Below the pieces are notes generated by a model. It was not told the origin of the DNA, searched no databases, and was given only the letters and a program-made list of their open reading frames with translations. Of a stretch of 64,000 bases of DNA, positions 12,796 through 25,200 are shown in pieces (the stretch's first letter is position 1; each line of letters opens with the position of its first letter). Source of the DNA: Spirogloea muscicola (Eukaryota); the NCBI GenBank assembly GCA_009602725.1, contig WELB01000021.1:940634-1004633 (forward strand), written 5' to 3'. Position numbers and translations under genes: made by a program.

Positions 12796-13376
12796 CGCAC
12801 GAACTCCAGGCTGCGCTTCTCGTCCTCCACACTGTCGAGGAGGGTGATAATAGTGTTGAACCTGGGAATGTGCTTCAAGCTATTGAGGAGGATCGCCACC
12901 TGGAAGCTCTTCAGACTTGCTTCCATGCTTGCTCCAATTGCCTCCATCTCATGTACGAGGCGCTTGAACTCTGTAAGGTGCTCTGCCAGCTTTGCTCCCT
13001 CCTGCATCTGGAAGTTCAGAAGCCTCTGCTGCACCGCCAGCATCTTCTGCTGGCCTGTTGGTTCGCAATAGGCCACCAGCTTTCCCCAAGCTTCAGCAGC
13101 AGTGCCTGATGGCACAATCTGAGTAAGGTGGTGCTGGTCCAGGCTGTTCATCAAGAAAGCTAAAACTGCGTTCTGCTCCTCCCACTCCTGAGAGGCTTGC
13201 TCCGACGCATCAGATGCTGGTCCTTCCCCTAGCACGACGCTCCAGAGCCGGTACGCGCGGAGAGTCATCTCGACCTTCATCCGCCACATTCGCCAGTCCT
13301 TGCCCTCAAAGCGTTCGATTCCCGCCACCAATCCTCTGATACCATGTACAGATTTGAGTTCTGCCATCTGTGCTGG
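12796..13376 (-). mobile_element. Ty1/Copia 5' fragment: probable LTR 3' remnant, tRNA-iMet PBS and gag N-terminus
   Basis: ...TGTACA followed by TGGTATCAGAG (PBS 13334-13344); IERFEGKDWRMWRMKVEMTLRAYRLW..TAAEAWGKL..NFQMQEG..EHLTEF is a typical Copia gag N-terminus. Confidence 0.9.
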
Positions 13377-13906
13377 TGTTGAATGACGAAGCGCACAGGG
13401 AATTACTGCAGGCTGCAGCCGCCGCTGTCACGCCTTGCGGGGATTTGCAGAAGCTCCCGTGTGAAGCTGCTGCCGCCGCCGCCGCTACCGCTGCTGCCGC
13501 TGTGGCTGCTGCTGGCAACCTCACTACTCGACCCCCGTACTGCCGCACTTGCAGTGCGCTCTGCTGAGCCGGCGGGGATCGGTGGCGTACGCCCTAGTGA
13601 GTGCAAGGGAGCAAGCCCCCCCAGCCCCTCAAACCCTGAACCCGGCGGCTCGCCTTAGCGCTGCCAGCCTGGATCTCGCGGGTCGGCGCCAACCCCAACG
13701 GTGGAGATCCGCTCGATCCACGAACCGCAGAGACCACCGGACTCCCTAGCTCAGGGATAAACCCTGAGCCCCTCAGTACCCCGCCGACACCTCACTGTGT
13801 GTGGGCCTTATAATGCGCGCATGGAGGTGGTACCGCGCGGCTCCACACACAGTTCTAGAACCTAGATCATACGAGCTAGCAAGAGTCTCATAGACTTCTT
13901 ACAACA
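13377..13906 (-). mobile_element. LTR (530 bp) related to the two solo LTRs; no TSD
   Basis: TGTTG...TTCAACA termini; internal ctggatctc..gggtcg..acggtggagatcc shared with the 9767-10159 LTR; flanks GCTGG and GGGGC differ. Confidence 0.8.
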
Positions 13907-14159
13907 GGGGCGACGGCAGGCGGCGCGGCAGCGGCGGGAGCGACGGTGGCAGCGGGGGCCGGCGCGGGGGCTGGGTCGGGAGGGGGCTTGCACGCCACCG
14001 CGGACCCCACGGCGGGCGCCGCCGGCGAAGGCGCCGGCGGCGGCCCGGGGTTTAGGAGGGGTAGCGGCGGCGGCGGCGCCCTCGACCCCCCAGCAAGCGG
14101 GCCAGCCCGTCGCGCTTGCCGCGGCCCCGACGAGCGCCATTGCGATCGCCCCTGGCGAA

Positions 14160-14605
14160 GCTTCTTTCGTCGGCACCTTCTTGGACTTTGTCCATTCTTG
14201 TTGGGATGGCTTTTGCTCGTAACTACTGAGTGGTCCATCCTCCCCCGTTCTGCCATAGCCTCTTCAGGCCCCGCAGTCGCTGCTTAGCTCGTAGTTTGGC
14301 CCATTCGAACCTTGTCAACTCTTTTCGGGCTGGCTTCTCACAGCCCTTGCCCCCCTTGGGAGAGCCACTTCTTCTTAGGCAGAGCCCTCGCTGCTGCCTC
14401 TGGCTCTGGCCAGGGGACCCGCTTCCAGGAACCCAGTCTCTCTGACCTGAGGCTGCTTAGCAGGGGTTACTGAGTGCTTCGTAGCTGCTTCGTTTCAGCC
14501 CCTATCCTCAATGGGCGAGCCCTTCTCTCTTCTTGGATTGTGTCCATTCTTGTTGGGATGGCCTTTGCCAGCCCCTCTTCTCTATGGCGAACCATTTCTT
14601 CTTCC
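14160..14605 (+). mobile_element. Stack of non-LTR retrotransposon 3' ends
   Basis: ORF ends LARNY* (~14220) and LRLLSRGY* (~14470), hairpin gggctggcttctcacagccc (~14327), tails gagccacttcttctt and gagcccttctct. Confidence 0.75.
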
Positions 14606-15644
14606 AAAGCAGACGGACTCGACAGCCAGCCCCGCCCCACCCCGAGGCCTCCGTCTCTTGGAGGCGCCGCAGCGCCACCACGAGCTCGCCCCACGCAGAG
14701 CCGGCCTCAGCCTGCACGCCGGCCGTGCCCACCTCCGCAGCCGGCCTCAAGGGCGCCGCCACGCGCGTCCGACTCCGCCGGGCTTGCGCTGCGGTGGGCT
14801 AAATCGCGCTGGAGGCGGATCTCCGCACCTTCCTCACCACTGAGCTTCGCAGAGGCCTTCAGCTCAATGCAGGTCTGGACTTCTCCCGAACAGTCGTTCA
14901 GTGGGTTTAGGCCCTATCCTCCCCTCCATTTGCCGACCCTTCACCCTCTCTCGGCCTGGGAGTCCATTGATGGACCTTGCAGAGCAGGTCCACAGGGGTC
15001 CTAAATGGAGTTGAGCAACTGAAGAGAACATGGATTCTACGGCGCCCTCATACCAGCATTCGCCGAGCTGTCAAAAAGGGAGTCTGCAGGTGTCTCGTGA
15101 CAGCTCTCCTCTAGCTGACTGGCTACTTGTGAGCTTGTGGGCCATCTTGTTGTGTGGTAGAATACACCTCGACACCAGAAGCTTACATCTTTTCACCTAA
15201 TGTGGCCGCAGCCCCACCGCAGCAGTCACTCCACTGCTCCAATCTTACAGAGAATCTAAGTGGACTTCTGGAACATCACTAGAGATGGTGTGCCAGCGCA
15301 GCCCTTAAGCGCGAGCCAAGCAGTGATCTGGCATGCAAGCACTGCCACACCATGTCCTGATGTGCTTACGTCCCTCTCATGTTTTTGATACAAGCAACCA
15401 CGAATTTTAGCGACATAGCGTCAATCTTTGCCTTTCCGCTCATGCTGGGTAGATCAAATGGGCAGCACATCTTTGTCCGCGCCTGCGCCAGTGTCCTTCT
15501 TTGCTAATCAGCAGTGTAAAGGCTTGACTACACATCTTGTCAAGTACATGTGAAGAGATGGTGCATAGCTATGAGTACCTTTCCTGTTGTCTGGACTGAC
15601 GCGCGTACAATTGTCTCCATCCTCTGCATCACTTCTACAGTCCT

Positions 15645-16160
15645 ATGTCCACATTCGGCAATGACCGACCATGCACGTGTCTGCCAAGCTGCCTGGTGCT
15701 GGCCGACCAGGCAGATGTCTGTTATACCTGCAAAGAGCTGGAATCATCTCACCCAAGCTTCCTGGGCGAACGCGTACCAGGCCTTCAGCTTGCATTCACC
15801 GACGCCCAGCTGAGTGACTGCCTGGTGGAAAGGATTGTATTCCCAAGAGTCCATCAAGCAGGATCAGTGCTTTCAATAGTCATCCCAGATATGAATGTCT
15901 ACAAGAGCCCCCCTTGGCTGCTGCCAGATCTTGACAATACGTCCGGCATAATAACTACCTGTTCCACACCGCGTGGCTTGTTGCTACTTAAACTTGCTGT
16001 TCATGACAGCCTGCCAGCATGTAGCAAAGGGCACAGCTCTTACCCTTATAACACCTAACACAAGGCACAAGTAGGGGCCAAAAGTGATGTGTAAGTATAT
16101 CTCTGCTTTTGTCCTTCAGGCCCTCTTCTACTTGTACCCCAAAAGACAGCTTAACCACTG
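15645..16160 (+). pseudogene. NAC-like pseudogene copy 1 (CxxC + subdomains A/B, remnant of C)
   Basis: DVCYTCKELESSHPSFLGERVPGLQLAFTDAQLSDCL..IPDMNVYKSPPWLLP, a close paralogue of the 35182 copy. Intron donor lost (CCAG|AT); downstream part disrupted by a LINE piece. Confidence 0.8.
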
Positions 16161-16164
16161 TGTA

Positions 16165-16325
16165 TGTGTGGACACTGGTCGATGTGTTGACGCAGTCAGC
16201 TGTCACCACATCGGCGATGATGCGGGGACCGCCGCCGGGCGGGATGGTGACCAGGTCGGTGCGTCGGGTACGGAGCTGGCCGTCCGTACCCAGCTGGATG
16301 GGCGTGATTGAGGTATTTTCCACGG
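16165..16325 (-). mobile_element. RLE-domain fragment of the non-LTR element inserted in NAC copy 1
   Basis: ENTSITPIQLGTDGQLRTRRTDLVTIPPGGGPRIIADVVTADC matches 8930-9070. Confidence 0.9.
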
Positions 16326-17559
16326 CCCCTTTGGAAGAGCTGCTTCTTCATGTAAGAGTCCATATGGTGTCTGTTATGTGCTCTGCATAACAAAAATAAC
16401 AACAAGCTGTAACAAACAATAGCAAGTGCCATCACTTAAAGCAACCGAAGCACCCACATACTAGTAAGCTTGTCTTGCTGGCTTGTCTTGCTTGCTTGCT
16501 AAGCGGGCAGAGGTGTTACTTGCAGTAAGTCGATACCTACTCTAGTTGCATCTCAGAGGGGCTCACGTTGACTTGAACGGAGAGGGGACTGGTAGGCCCG
16601 CTCCAGGCCGTGACTTGAGGCCGGGCCCATAAACAGAAGAGTAGCCGCCATGGCAGCGAGCGCGGCGCCTCGCTGCGGACTTCGCGGCGGCAAGCCCAGA
16701 GCAGAGCAGAGCCCCAGGCCGTGCTTGGCCACGGCACGACGTAGGTCGCCATGTCGAGCGTCATCATCTTCGGCCGTTACTTCCCGCTCCAGCCTCGCCT
16801 CCACCAAGGCCGGCTAATTTTTGCAGCTTATTCACCTGCTCCCTCGCTTCCGCTCCACTTCCTTGCGCTTGCTCCTCACAAGCTCTAGGTCGCGGCTATC
16901 AATCCCACGCCCTCAATGTATCTTCCGCACTTGCGCCTGCGACTGCTCCTGCTCTGTTTTCGCAAGTGTGCCAGGCGAGCACCGATTGTGCCGTCGACTT
17001 CTGCCACAGAAAGGGCCGTGACCTGCCACACAACAGCACCAGATGTGTGGGGGCGCGCGTATTCGACTTCACATCCGCATGGCTTAAATGCTCGCTTCTG
17101 GTATGAGCCATGCCTTTGTCCTTGGCTTGCCGCTGGGGTTTTCCAGTGGGCAACTTCAAGATGGGTGCGGCATAATCTTGCAGGGAGGACATAAGACAGC
17201 TTCATTGTTGTACATTGAGAGCTCAATGCTGTACATGTGAGCCAAGGAGCTTTGGGCTCACAAGTGCGATGGTTCCCATGCGTGAGGCGCCCAGACGGGA
17301 ACTTGTTTTCAGGCACCCTCTGGAGAGAGGTCCTCGTGGATTGGCTGCAGCAATGTACACAGCTGACCTGATCAGCTCTACCAGGTCACTGTGGCCCTGT
17401 GCGTTGCAGCCTCTGGCTTGCGCACCGGGGTTGCTCTTCCTCCCCTCAGCTCATCTGACTTCCTATTGCTGACACGGGGGTACTAAGAGCGCCCTTTTCG
17501 CTTAGCCTGTGGCTCCGCCAACATATTTATGTACCCTCTGTATGCACCTGGTTTGCTTT

Positions 17560-18012
17560 CACAGCCACTCCTCTGATAACAGCACCGCATTCTGAGTCGC
17601 AAAACACTGCCTAACCCTTGGACCTGAGGCATTCACAGCTGCTGTGCTGTGGCAGTGTGCCAGGATGCACATTATTTCAGCATGCCGAAACCACTCGCAT
17701 TCTTGGCGAGCTTTGCCCTGTGAATGTACCTGTGTCATTGCTGCAGGATGGCCAGTCAACATACTGCAATACTGCTCCAGCATGTCCCATCTTCTCCATT
17801 GGCTGCAGCACAGGATGTTGATACAATGCAAGGATCACGCCAAAGTCAGACTTGCCAGCATTCTGTTGCCCCTCCGCTGCCGCAGCGATATAGTTCCTCC
17901 CTCTTGCGCCGAGAAACATGCAGAAGTGCTTGATAGCATCATCAATACATGGAGAGGCCATATCATCAGCAATATCTATGTCCCTGTCTAGCATGCACCA
18001 GCTAGGTAACAT
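17560..18012 (-). pseudogene. P-loop GTPase fragment (probable paralogue of 48.6-50.1 kb gene)
   Basis: YIAAAAEGQQNAGKSDF Walker A; downstream TGT and AVNASG resemble degenerate G2/G3; broken frames. Confidence 0.5.
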
Positions 18013-18549
18013 CTGGATGCTCTCTTACAGCAGGTCCTCATGGGTCAAGCAGAAAGTGCTCAGCCTGCGCTGATCACGCCTTTTGGCTCAATACGAGTAC
18101 GCGCTTCAGCTGCTGTACCTGCTAGGCAGGTGGTGGATGCTGTTGAGTGCATGGCGAGTGGGGAAGCTTGAGCTCTCCTCTGCAGGTTCTCAGCAGGTGG
18201 TGCGCGCCCACCCCCTGCTCTGCTTGTTGTGCATGGACACGCTCCCCTCTGCAAGGCCCAGAAGTGGTTCCTAGCAGGCACTGAGATGTGGTTGCAGTGC
18301 TGCGGCAAGGGGCCAGCCAAGATTGTAAGAGGTGGGCAAGAGCTGGGCTGCTTGGGAACCACTGACCTCCAGCTGATCACTATCGCCCATCGAACAAATT
18401 GACATGACAGCGTTTCCTGAGCATGACGGGCTGATGAAGCTGGCGAATCTGGCCTGATGTGCTGAAGCACATAGCAGTATGTCTCTTGGTATTGGAGCTG
18501 CTCAGCAAAGATTGGTGCGGCGAAGACCTCAGGTATGAGCATGGAGAAA

Positions 18550-19620
18550 CTCAGTGCTGTATGTCCAATGGGGCTTTGGGCTCACAAAGTGCAATGGCCC
18601 CATGTGTGAGGTGCCTAGACATGAACATGTTGCAGGCTCCTTCTGGGAGGAAGACCCTCTTGCTCGTCCTCATCTTCATCCATCAACTGCAGCGACTCAC
18701 AGAGGTGACATTTCTCCACCTGTCATAGTGGCCTTCTGGCCTATTTCCACATGGCTTACTTTGACGGGCCTGGAGCCTTCATTGCTGCTAACTTGATGGA
18801 GCGCTCTGGGATGCTTTTACTGAGGCTGCCAATGCCAAATGCTGATCTGCTACACAGGAAGCCAACATGAAGGGCCGCTGCAACAGTGACACCCCGGCCG
18901 CTGGGCGCTGCAAAGATGATGTTCTCAGACAAGGTTGATGGACACAAGAATGGGCACTAGCAGCAGCGTTTGCAAGCAGCCTCCTATGCATGAGGGAGAT
19001 TGCATGTATGCATACACATGCACAGAGCACAAAGCAGACCGTGGGGCATTGCATAAGCAGCGGCTACTAATAATGTGCAGCTGCAGCAGATAAACCACAG
19101 CCGCTGGGCGATCTGGCCACCTGGCCAGAGAAGTCAAGGTACACAGTATGCGATGTAAGTGAAGTATGCATGTCAACGTGATAGACAAGGACAAGTTGAC
19201 TTTCTCAGGCTGTCCCAGAAAAGGTGTCAGCCGTGTGCTGCAGGGTGCAATGGCTGCTTCCACCTACCCTGCAGGCAGGAGCTGCAGTACCTGACAATCA
19301 AGGATTCCAGTGAGGTAGCGTGCATGGATCTGGCAGTGACAGTGTTACAAACGGCACTTTTAAGGATGAGGGGGGTAAGCGCGGACGGTGAGCTGGCGCA
19401 AGGTCCGGGCCATGTCATAAGCTTCACTGATAGTAGCGACAACGACATGGACAAGGCACAAGTAAGTGCGCACGGGCAAGAATGGTAATGATGGCATGGC
19501 GACTATCAACAACAGCCACGTGGGCAGCAGCTTCAAGTGGTGGCATCATGTGGGCACTGGCCTGCACTTTCGAATGCCTTCTAGGCACTGCGCGTCTACC
19601 TGCCTGCACTGAGCTTCACT
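18550..19620 (+). pseudogene. Decayed copy of unidentified Cys/His-rich 'family X'
   Basis: Nucleotide matches to 58300-58960 on the opposite strand (atgttctcagacaag.ttgatg.acaca; aaggtgtcagccg.gtgctgc; cctgcagg.aggagctgca). The 5' part is also duplicated at ~17220-17400. Confidence 0.55.
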
Positions 19621-21239
19621 ACATGGATGCAATGTGAAAGCCCCATTCTGGCAACCGCACGGCAATACTCCTGTTTGATTGCCATGTTTCCTCACGCGAG
19701 CAGACACCTCGCGCTAAGTACCCCTTGCATAACATCTTACTACCATCAACAAGCATAGTTTGGCCCTTTCAAGATTGGAGAATCTCTGTACAGCAGCCCT
19801 GGGTCGTAGAAATGGCGAGAGCGGGCTTGCCACGGGCTTGCGATGGTGCCTTGCAAATACTTTGTAACCCTAGGAGCATGCAAAGACATTTTGAAATTTG
19901 CAGGTTTGCTCCCTCAATTATTCGCACCAAGGTTGGATGCGTGACGAATGACGATGAATTTGGAAGCAGAATAGCAGGCCTATGGCTGGAGACATTTGGA
20001 GCCGTGCCGCATTCACTTGAGTACTTGCCATATTCGTAGTGCAACAAAAAAATCAAATGGCTGTGCAATATGAGCGTGTGTGCACGGCTTCTTCTGTGCC
20101 CATTAGCAAGGCTGCGGACAGGCTATTCAGAGACGTGAATCTCAATCTCGAGAAAGTGAACAGGCACAAAAGCTCGGTAGCTAAAACAAACTAATTTTTG
20201 CTTACTCAGACTTGCCTTCTTACAGAGACTGTCTTCTACACTGCAGCAGGCTTGGAGAGCCTCTTAAGATTGGGCATGGGACAAGCCGTATGACATCGCA
20301 GGTCTAAAGCTCAGCAGGGGTAGGGTTGCTGTGACATTGGAGAATCAGGAAAAGTTGGGCATGTTCATCAGTTTGCAAGCCTTGGCAGGGCCATGTCACA
20401 GCTGCGCTCGTTCAAGACCACCAAGTCATGGCAGCATTGTGAACAGCACGCTGGAGTGGCGGAGCCATGCTGATAAGGCTGGTCCTCGAAAGCTCACTCC
20501 ATGGCGCCATGATCTGCAAGTGCTGTGTCCAGAAAAGTCAGCCTGCGGCCTGACTCAAATCCAGTACAGGCACACTGACTCGTCTGCAATGGTGGATCCA
20601 GGGCTAGTGATTGGCAGCCTCGGCCCGTGAAGCGGTGCACCGAGACTGAAGTAAGGGGGTTCACAAGAGCTGCCAGCAAATCTTCCGTGCTCCCCATATA
20701 GTGTGGCGTTAACTGCGGAAAATGTACTGGCAGACACAGAGGAGGCAGAGCATGCAGGGGGCAGACTTTGGAAATGTTTTCGGTCAGAAGGGTACTGCAG
20801 CTGATGCCTACTTGTTAGCATGCAAGATGCGTGCAAGCAATCGCTGGCACAGCATGTGCCAACGTCATGGCCAGGACGATGACGATGTAGACATGGCTCA
20901 GGGGTGGTGGGAGGTGACCAACAAGGCATTGCCTTGTGGCCATGCTTGTAATACACAAGCAGTACATCACAAACTTGACAGGCTTTGTCCCTACCAACTC
21001 CTTCTTTGAATGCATCACAACAGGTACTGGACTGGTGGTGAATTTGCCAGCTCTCCACCTGCTACAATCAAGCAGCAGCAGCAGCAGCAGCAGCAGCGGG
21101 TGGCTACTTGATGTGATCAATGCTATCCTAGACTCAGACTCATCAGAGTGGAGTGAGGAGGAAGCTGGCTTGCCATTTTTAAAGGAATGGCATGCAGCAA
21201 AGCAGATATCTGGGGCACATACTGTCAGGTGAGTTTCCA

Positions 21240-21640
21240 AGTGAAAGTGCTGCCAGGAAGAATTAAACATGGCTTGTAGATCTATGGCTCCGCAGACTTG
21301 CAGCACTGACGGCGTGTGGAGAGGCTTCATCGAGCAACAATGAGGTCGTGGATTGTCAACCCCACTCTGCAAGCCGCCCCCTTGATGAAGCGTAGATAAA
21401 GGGCCACATCTGCTGCAAATATCTGGCGGCTCTGAAGGTCCTCGTTCTCAGCCTGGCAAGGCTGCCGTGTTCTTGCTTGAAAGGCCCTGGCTGGCCGGGC
21501 ACTGTGCAATCTCTTCTGCTCCAGTGCCTGTCTCCAATCTCCAAAGCTGCCATCCTTGCACTGCTGCACCTGCGTGACCATCTCATCATGCTGCAATTGC
21601 GTCCTTCTTAAGCTGATGGACAGCGCCTTCGGCTGGGCTG
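21240..21640 (-). pseudogene. Internally deleted copy of the coiled-coil GTPase
   Basis: QVQQ..WRQALEQKRLHS resembles QVQV..WKKAVAQKSHLS, and QIFAADVALYL..ACR resembles KILAADLVIMFL..NCR of the 49 kb gene; the Walker A-G3 segment is missing. Confidence 0.55.
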
Positions 21641-22030
21641 TAGCCCATCTGACTTATACAACAATTCCCTATGCTGAATAAGGAGCCTCTGCATCCGCAA
21701 TCTGGCAACAGCTATCCTCGTGAATCATTGTCGTCTGCTGGTACTTCCAGAAGTCCAGTATGTAGATTAAGCACTCATACTGTTAACCACGTCCTCATCT
21801 ATATGACGCATGAAATTAGCAGGAGGATGCTTAGCATCCTTGTCAACACTCTGCTGGGTCATCTTGTCACAATTGTTCCCACTCTCCCAACATTGGTTGG
21901 AAGGTCGTCCAGATCCCGTCATTCATCTCTTCGCCTCCTCCTCCCCCACCTCCTCGCCTCCTCCCTGCCCGCCCCCTCCTCGCCGCATCAATCTCTTGCC
22001 TTCCAGCAGGACCAACCACCTGTAAATCCA

Positions 22031-23226
22031 TCATGAATCTTCAGCTGGTTGCAGAGCTGTGTGCAAGATTTTGCATGAGCCCTTGAACAACAGGACCCTA
22101 ACTGGATTATTTGTCTCATTGCAGAACTTAAACCCACCATCTTGGCAGATGAGGGACAATCTTACCTCCCCAGCATCATGTTCCTGATGATGCTGCATCT
22201 CCTGGAACACCTTGCAGAGTGCTACAGTGAGCTGCACAGCCAAATTGGTATACATTGTTGAGAGGGTCAGCCTAGCTTGGTGACCAGCATGCATCACAAG
22301 ATAGAAGATGCTGCAAGATGCTGGGCACCACAGAGCAATACATATGATACACTAGTATCTGAGGTGCTGGCTTGAAAAAGCCATGACCACGCACAGTGAT
22401 GTATTTGTAGTCGATTTCTTGCATAGAACTCAGGGACTCATCTAATGGGCACTCATAGCAGTGAAGACCTACATCAGGTGCATGATGCCCTTCAATCCCA
22501 GGCCTCCACACGATGTACTGCACCATCATCCACTCTGTTTCGATGGCACCTTGCCATCCATGAAAGTATCGATAGTTGATCCTCCTTCCAATGAGTTCAT
22601 TCTCGTCGTTGACAATGTCCTGCATATTATTATCAAATCTCCATCTGCCAATATTACCCCCAAAAGGACCCCGTGGGCCAACCCTCCTGTCAATGTTGTT
22701 GCCTCCTGGTGTTATCCTCAAGGGGCTGAAGACATGCCAGGGAGGGTCCCTGTTGTGTGGAGGACCTGTTTTTCAAATAAGGTAGCTATGTCCTTGTCAG
22801 TCACGAGACTTGCCATCAAATGTGTGCAATCAAGGGGCCACAAGCAAAAACCATCTAGCAGGCTTCCTGGCCACACATGCATGTTGAGCACATGCACTTT
22901 GTGGGATCAAAGATCTCTGCCAGTCTCTTTGGAGTGAGCCAGCACTGCACAGTGAATGAAAGCAACAGGTTGCACACAACTGGCTGCTTAAGTCCTGTTC
23001 AATTTCAACAATCAATGCAGACACCCTGAAGAAACGCATGCAGAATATAAAGTTGCGCGACACCGACAATGTCCCCAAGATTCGCAGGCTCCCGGGCCTG
23101 CACATCAACCTCAGGTACCAACCTAGTCTCCTCCTCAGTTAGCTGCTCACGGTTGTCATTCCTTCTTCTCAAGAGATAGATAGCCTCGACATCTGTCAGT
23201 TCAAACCGTAAATTATGGGCCATCAA
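22031..23226 (-). pseudogene. NAC-like gene/pseudogene copy 2 (three-exon NAC layout)
   Basis: Exon 1 LRFELTDVEAIYLLRRR..VPEVDV..EPANL; exon 2 PWHVFSP..IDRRVG..GRWRF..LIGRRINYRYF..TEWMMVQY (donor GTAGGT at 22472); exon 3 from 22231 LTVALCKVF. In-frame TAG just upstream of subdomain A; exon-2 acceptor uncertain. Confidence 0.8.
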
Positions 23227-24339
23227 GTAAGTGCCGCTCTGTCTCTATCTGCAACAAGCGATCCAACAGCACGGCTGTGATCAAAACTTTGACAGGCCTA
23301 GTCAGCCACTACCTACACTGTGTCAAGCTACTCACATTCAATGGGTGGCCAGAGGTGGGACGAAAGAGGTGGGCAGACCCATGCTTGTCAAGTAGGAGAG
23401 GGCTACCAACTGAGGTAGCCCTACCTCATTGAGGCGGCTGCTTTTACCTGGACAAGTCGTATATGGCGTTCAGCTGCCTGAGAAAGGCGGCTTGGCCAAG
23501 GCCAAGTAAGTTCCTCATCTGACCTCGGGAATTTGAGCAAACAAGAAAAAGAGTGCAAATGGTCGCCTGCAAAGTGGTGAACTACGAATTTGTCAAGCAC
23601 GTGAATCTAGAGCCTCGCCAACAGTGACATGCATGAGAGCAATTAGTCAAAGGCCAAAACTTGGTGCTAAAACGCCAATGGCAGCTCAAGGGGCCTTCTT
23701 GACAACAGGACCCGGCCAGAGCGCATCGCCTTCCACGCACAGAGGTCTCACCAGCGCAAGATGGCTGCACGCGGTGCCTGCCTCGCAGTGATGGACGAAT
23801 GGAGTGTGTGCTGAGTGAGGGACGGGGGAGGCGAACCCGCGCGCCCGCCAGCCGCAGCGAGCATCGGCGCCTGCGCCCACGGGCGCTAGCAAGAGCTGCC
23901 GGACGTCGGTACACGGGAACGCAGCCTGGGTGAGGGGAGGGGCGTGTGGGAGAGGCGAGGGGAGTGGTCTTGGCAATGGGCTGGCACTCAAGGCTTCCCT
24001 TCTTTCCGGGCTGGCCATCCACAGCCCCCGCCCCCATCGGGAGAGCTCACCATCCCGGTCACATGGCCCTTGTCTCGGCGAGCGGCGGCTGGCTGCCGCT
24101 GGCTCAGGAAGCTGGCGGGTGCGCGCCGCCCATGTCAGGAGCCGCCACGTGGCGCACGAACCTCCAGGCGTCGAGTTGGGACTTGCAAATTCTTAATTCT
24201 CCTTTTATGACCGCAGTGTGGACTGCTGCCTAGATGCTGTATCGCCGCGGACCGAGAAGAAGAAGCTCACCCAAAGGTAAGCATTCTAGCTCCCTCGGAC
24301 TGGTGTCCCAGGACAGACTGGCGCTGTGACCAGCCGGCT

Positions 24340-25200
24340 AACGAAAGAAGTGGCTCTCCCGATGGGGGCAAGGGCTGTGAGAAGCCAGCCCTAAAAGAAT
24401 TGACAAGGTTCGAAGGGGCCATTCTACGAGCTATGCAGCGACTGTGGGGCCTGAAAAGGCTATGGCAGAAGGGGGGAGGATGGATCACTCAGTAGTTACG
24501 AGTAAGGAGCCTCACATCCGACAGACTAGCTGCCGGAAATCTATCCCCTTGACGAAAGAGCTCGATGAAGCTTTCAACTAAGGGCAACGGTTGTGAGAGG
24601 CCAGCCCAAAAGAATGGACAAGGTCTGAAACGGCCGGATGGCGCAAAACACAGGATATCAATCTCTAAGACGTCAGCAAGTGAGCTCTCAGGAACCTCTA
24701 GTCAGTAAGTGCAAGCCGGAATAACTCAAGAGATGATCAGAGCCCAAAGTTGGGCTCCACCGGAGGGGAGGGCTCGCCCATAGAAAAGAGGGGCTAGCAA
24801 AGCTAGCCCAGGAAAGAATAGACATTGTCCGCAGGCCTCAAAAGGCCACAAAATAGTGCCAGGAAAGACAAACTACACACGAAGACACGAAATGATGCAG
24901 ATGGATGCTCAGTAACCTCGAGTGAGCATAAGCAAATCAAAATAATTCGAAGCAGGAAAAGCGGCACTCTGCCGAGACCTTGAGGCAGCAGCCATAGCGC
25001 GGCCACCAGAGAGCCCAACTCAACTCTATCCTCAATGGGCGAGCCCTTCTTCTGCCACAGCGAGGCTGCTGGGTTGGCCAGGTAAGCAAAGTAAGGAAGT
25101 GCTGACCTAACAAGCGACGGAAAATTTTGTTCATTCGTTTTTTGGGCTGGCTTTTTGGGCCAGCCCCTATCCTCACTGGGCGAGCCCTTCTTTCAAGAGC
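24340..25200. mobile_element. Stack of non-LTR retrotransposon 3' ends
   Basis: LLTRNY* (~24490,-) and LMLTRGY* (~24910,-) with hairpin/tail modules; near-identical to 61860-62075 and 51060-51300. Confidence 0.8.

Noticed and set aside
13345..13367. ATG at 13367 as the true gag start
   Set aside because: It lies upstream of the PBS, in the apparent LTR remnant, so it may be fortuitous; the start cannot be fixed from this copy
21071..21097. (CAG)n tract, and short tandem duplications at ~28757 (18 bp) and ~54768 (15 bp)
   Set aside because: Ordinary microsatellite or slippage events with no further structure
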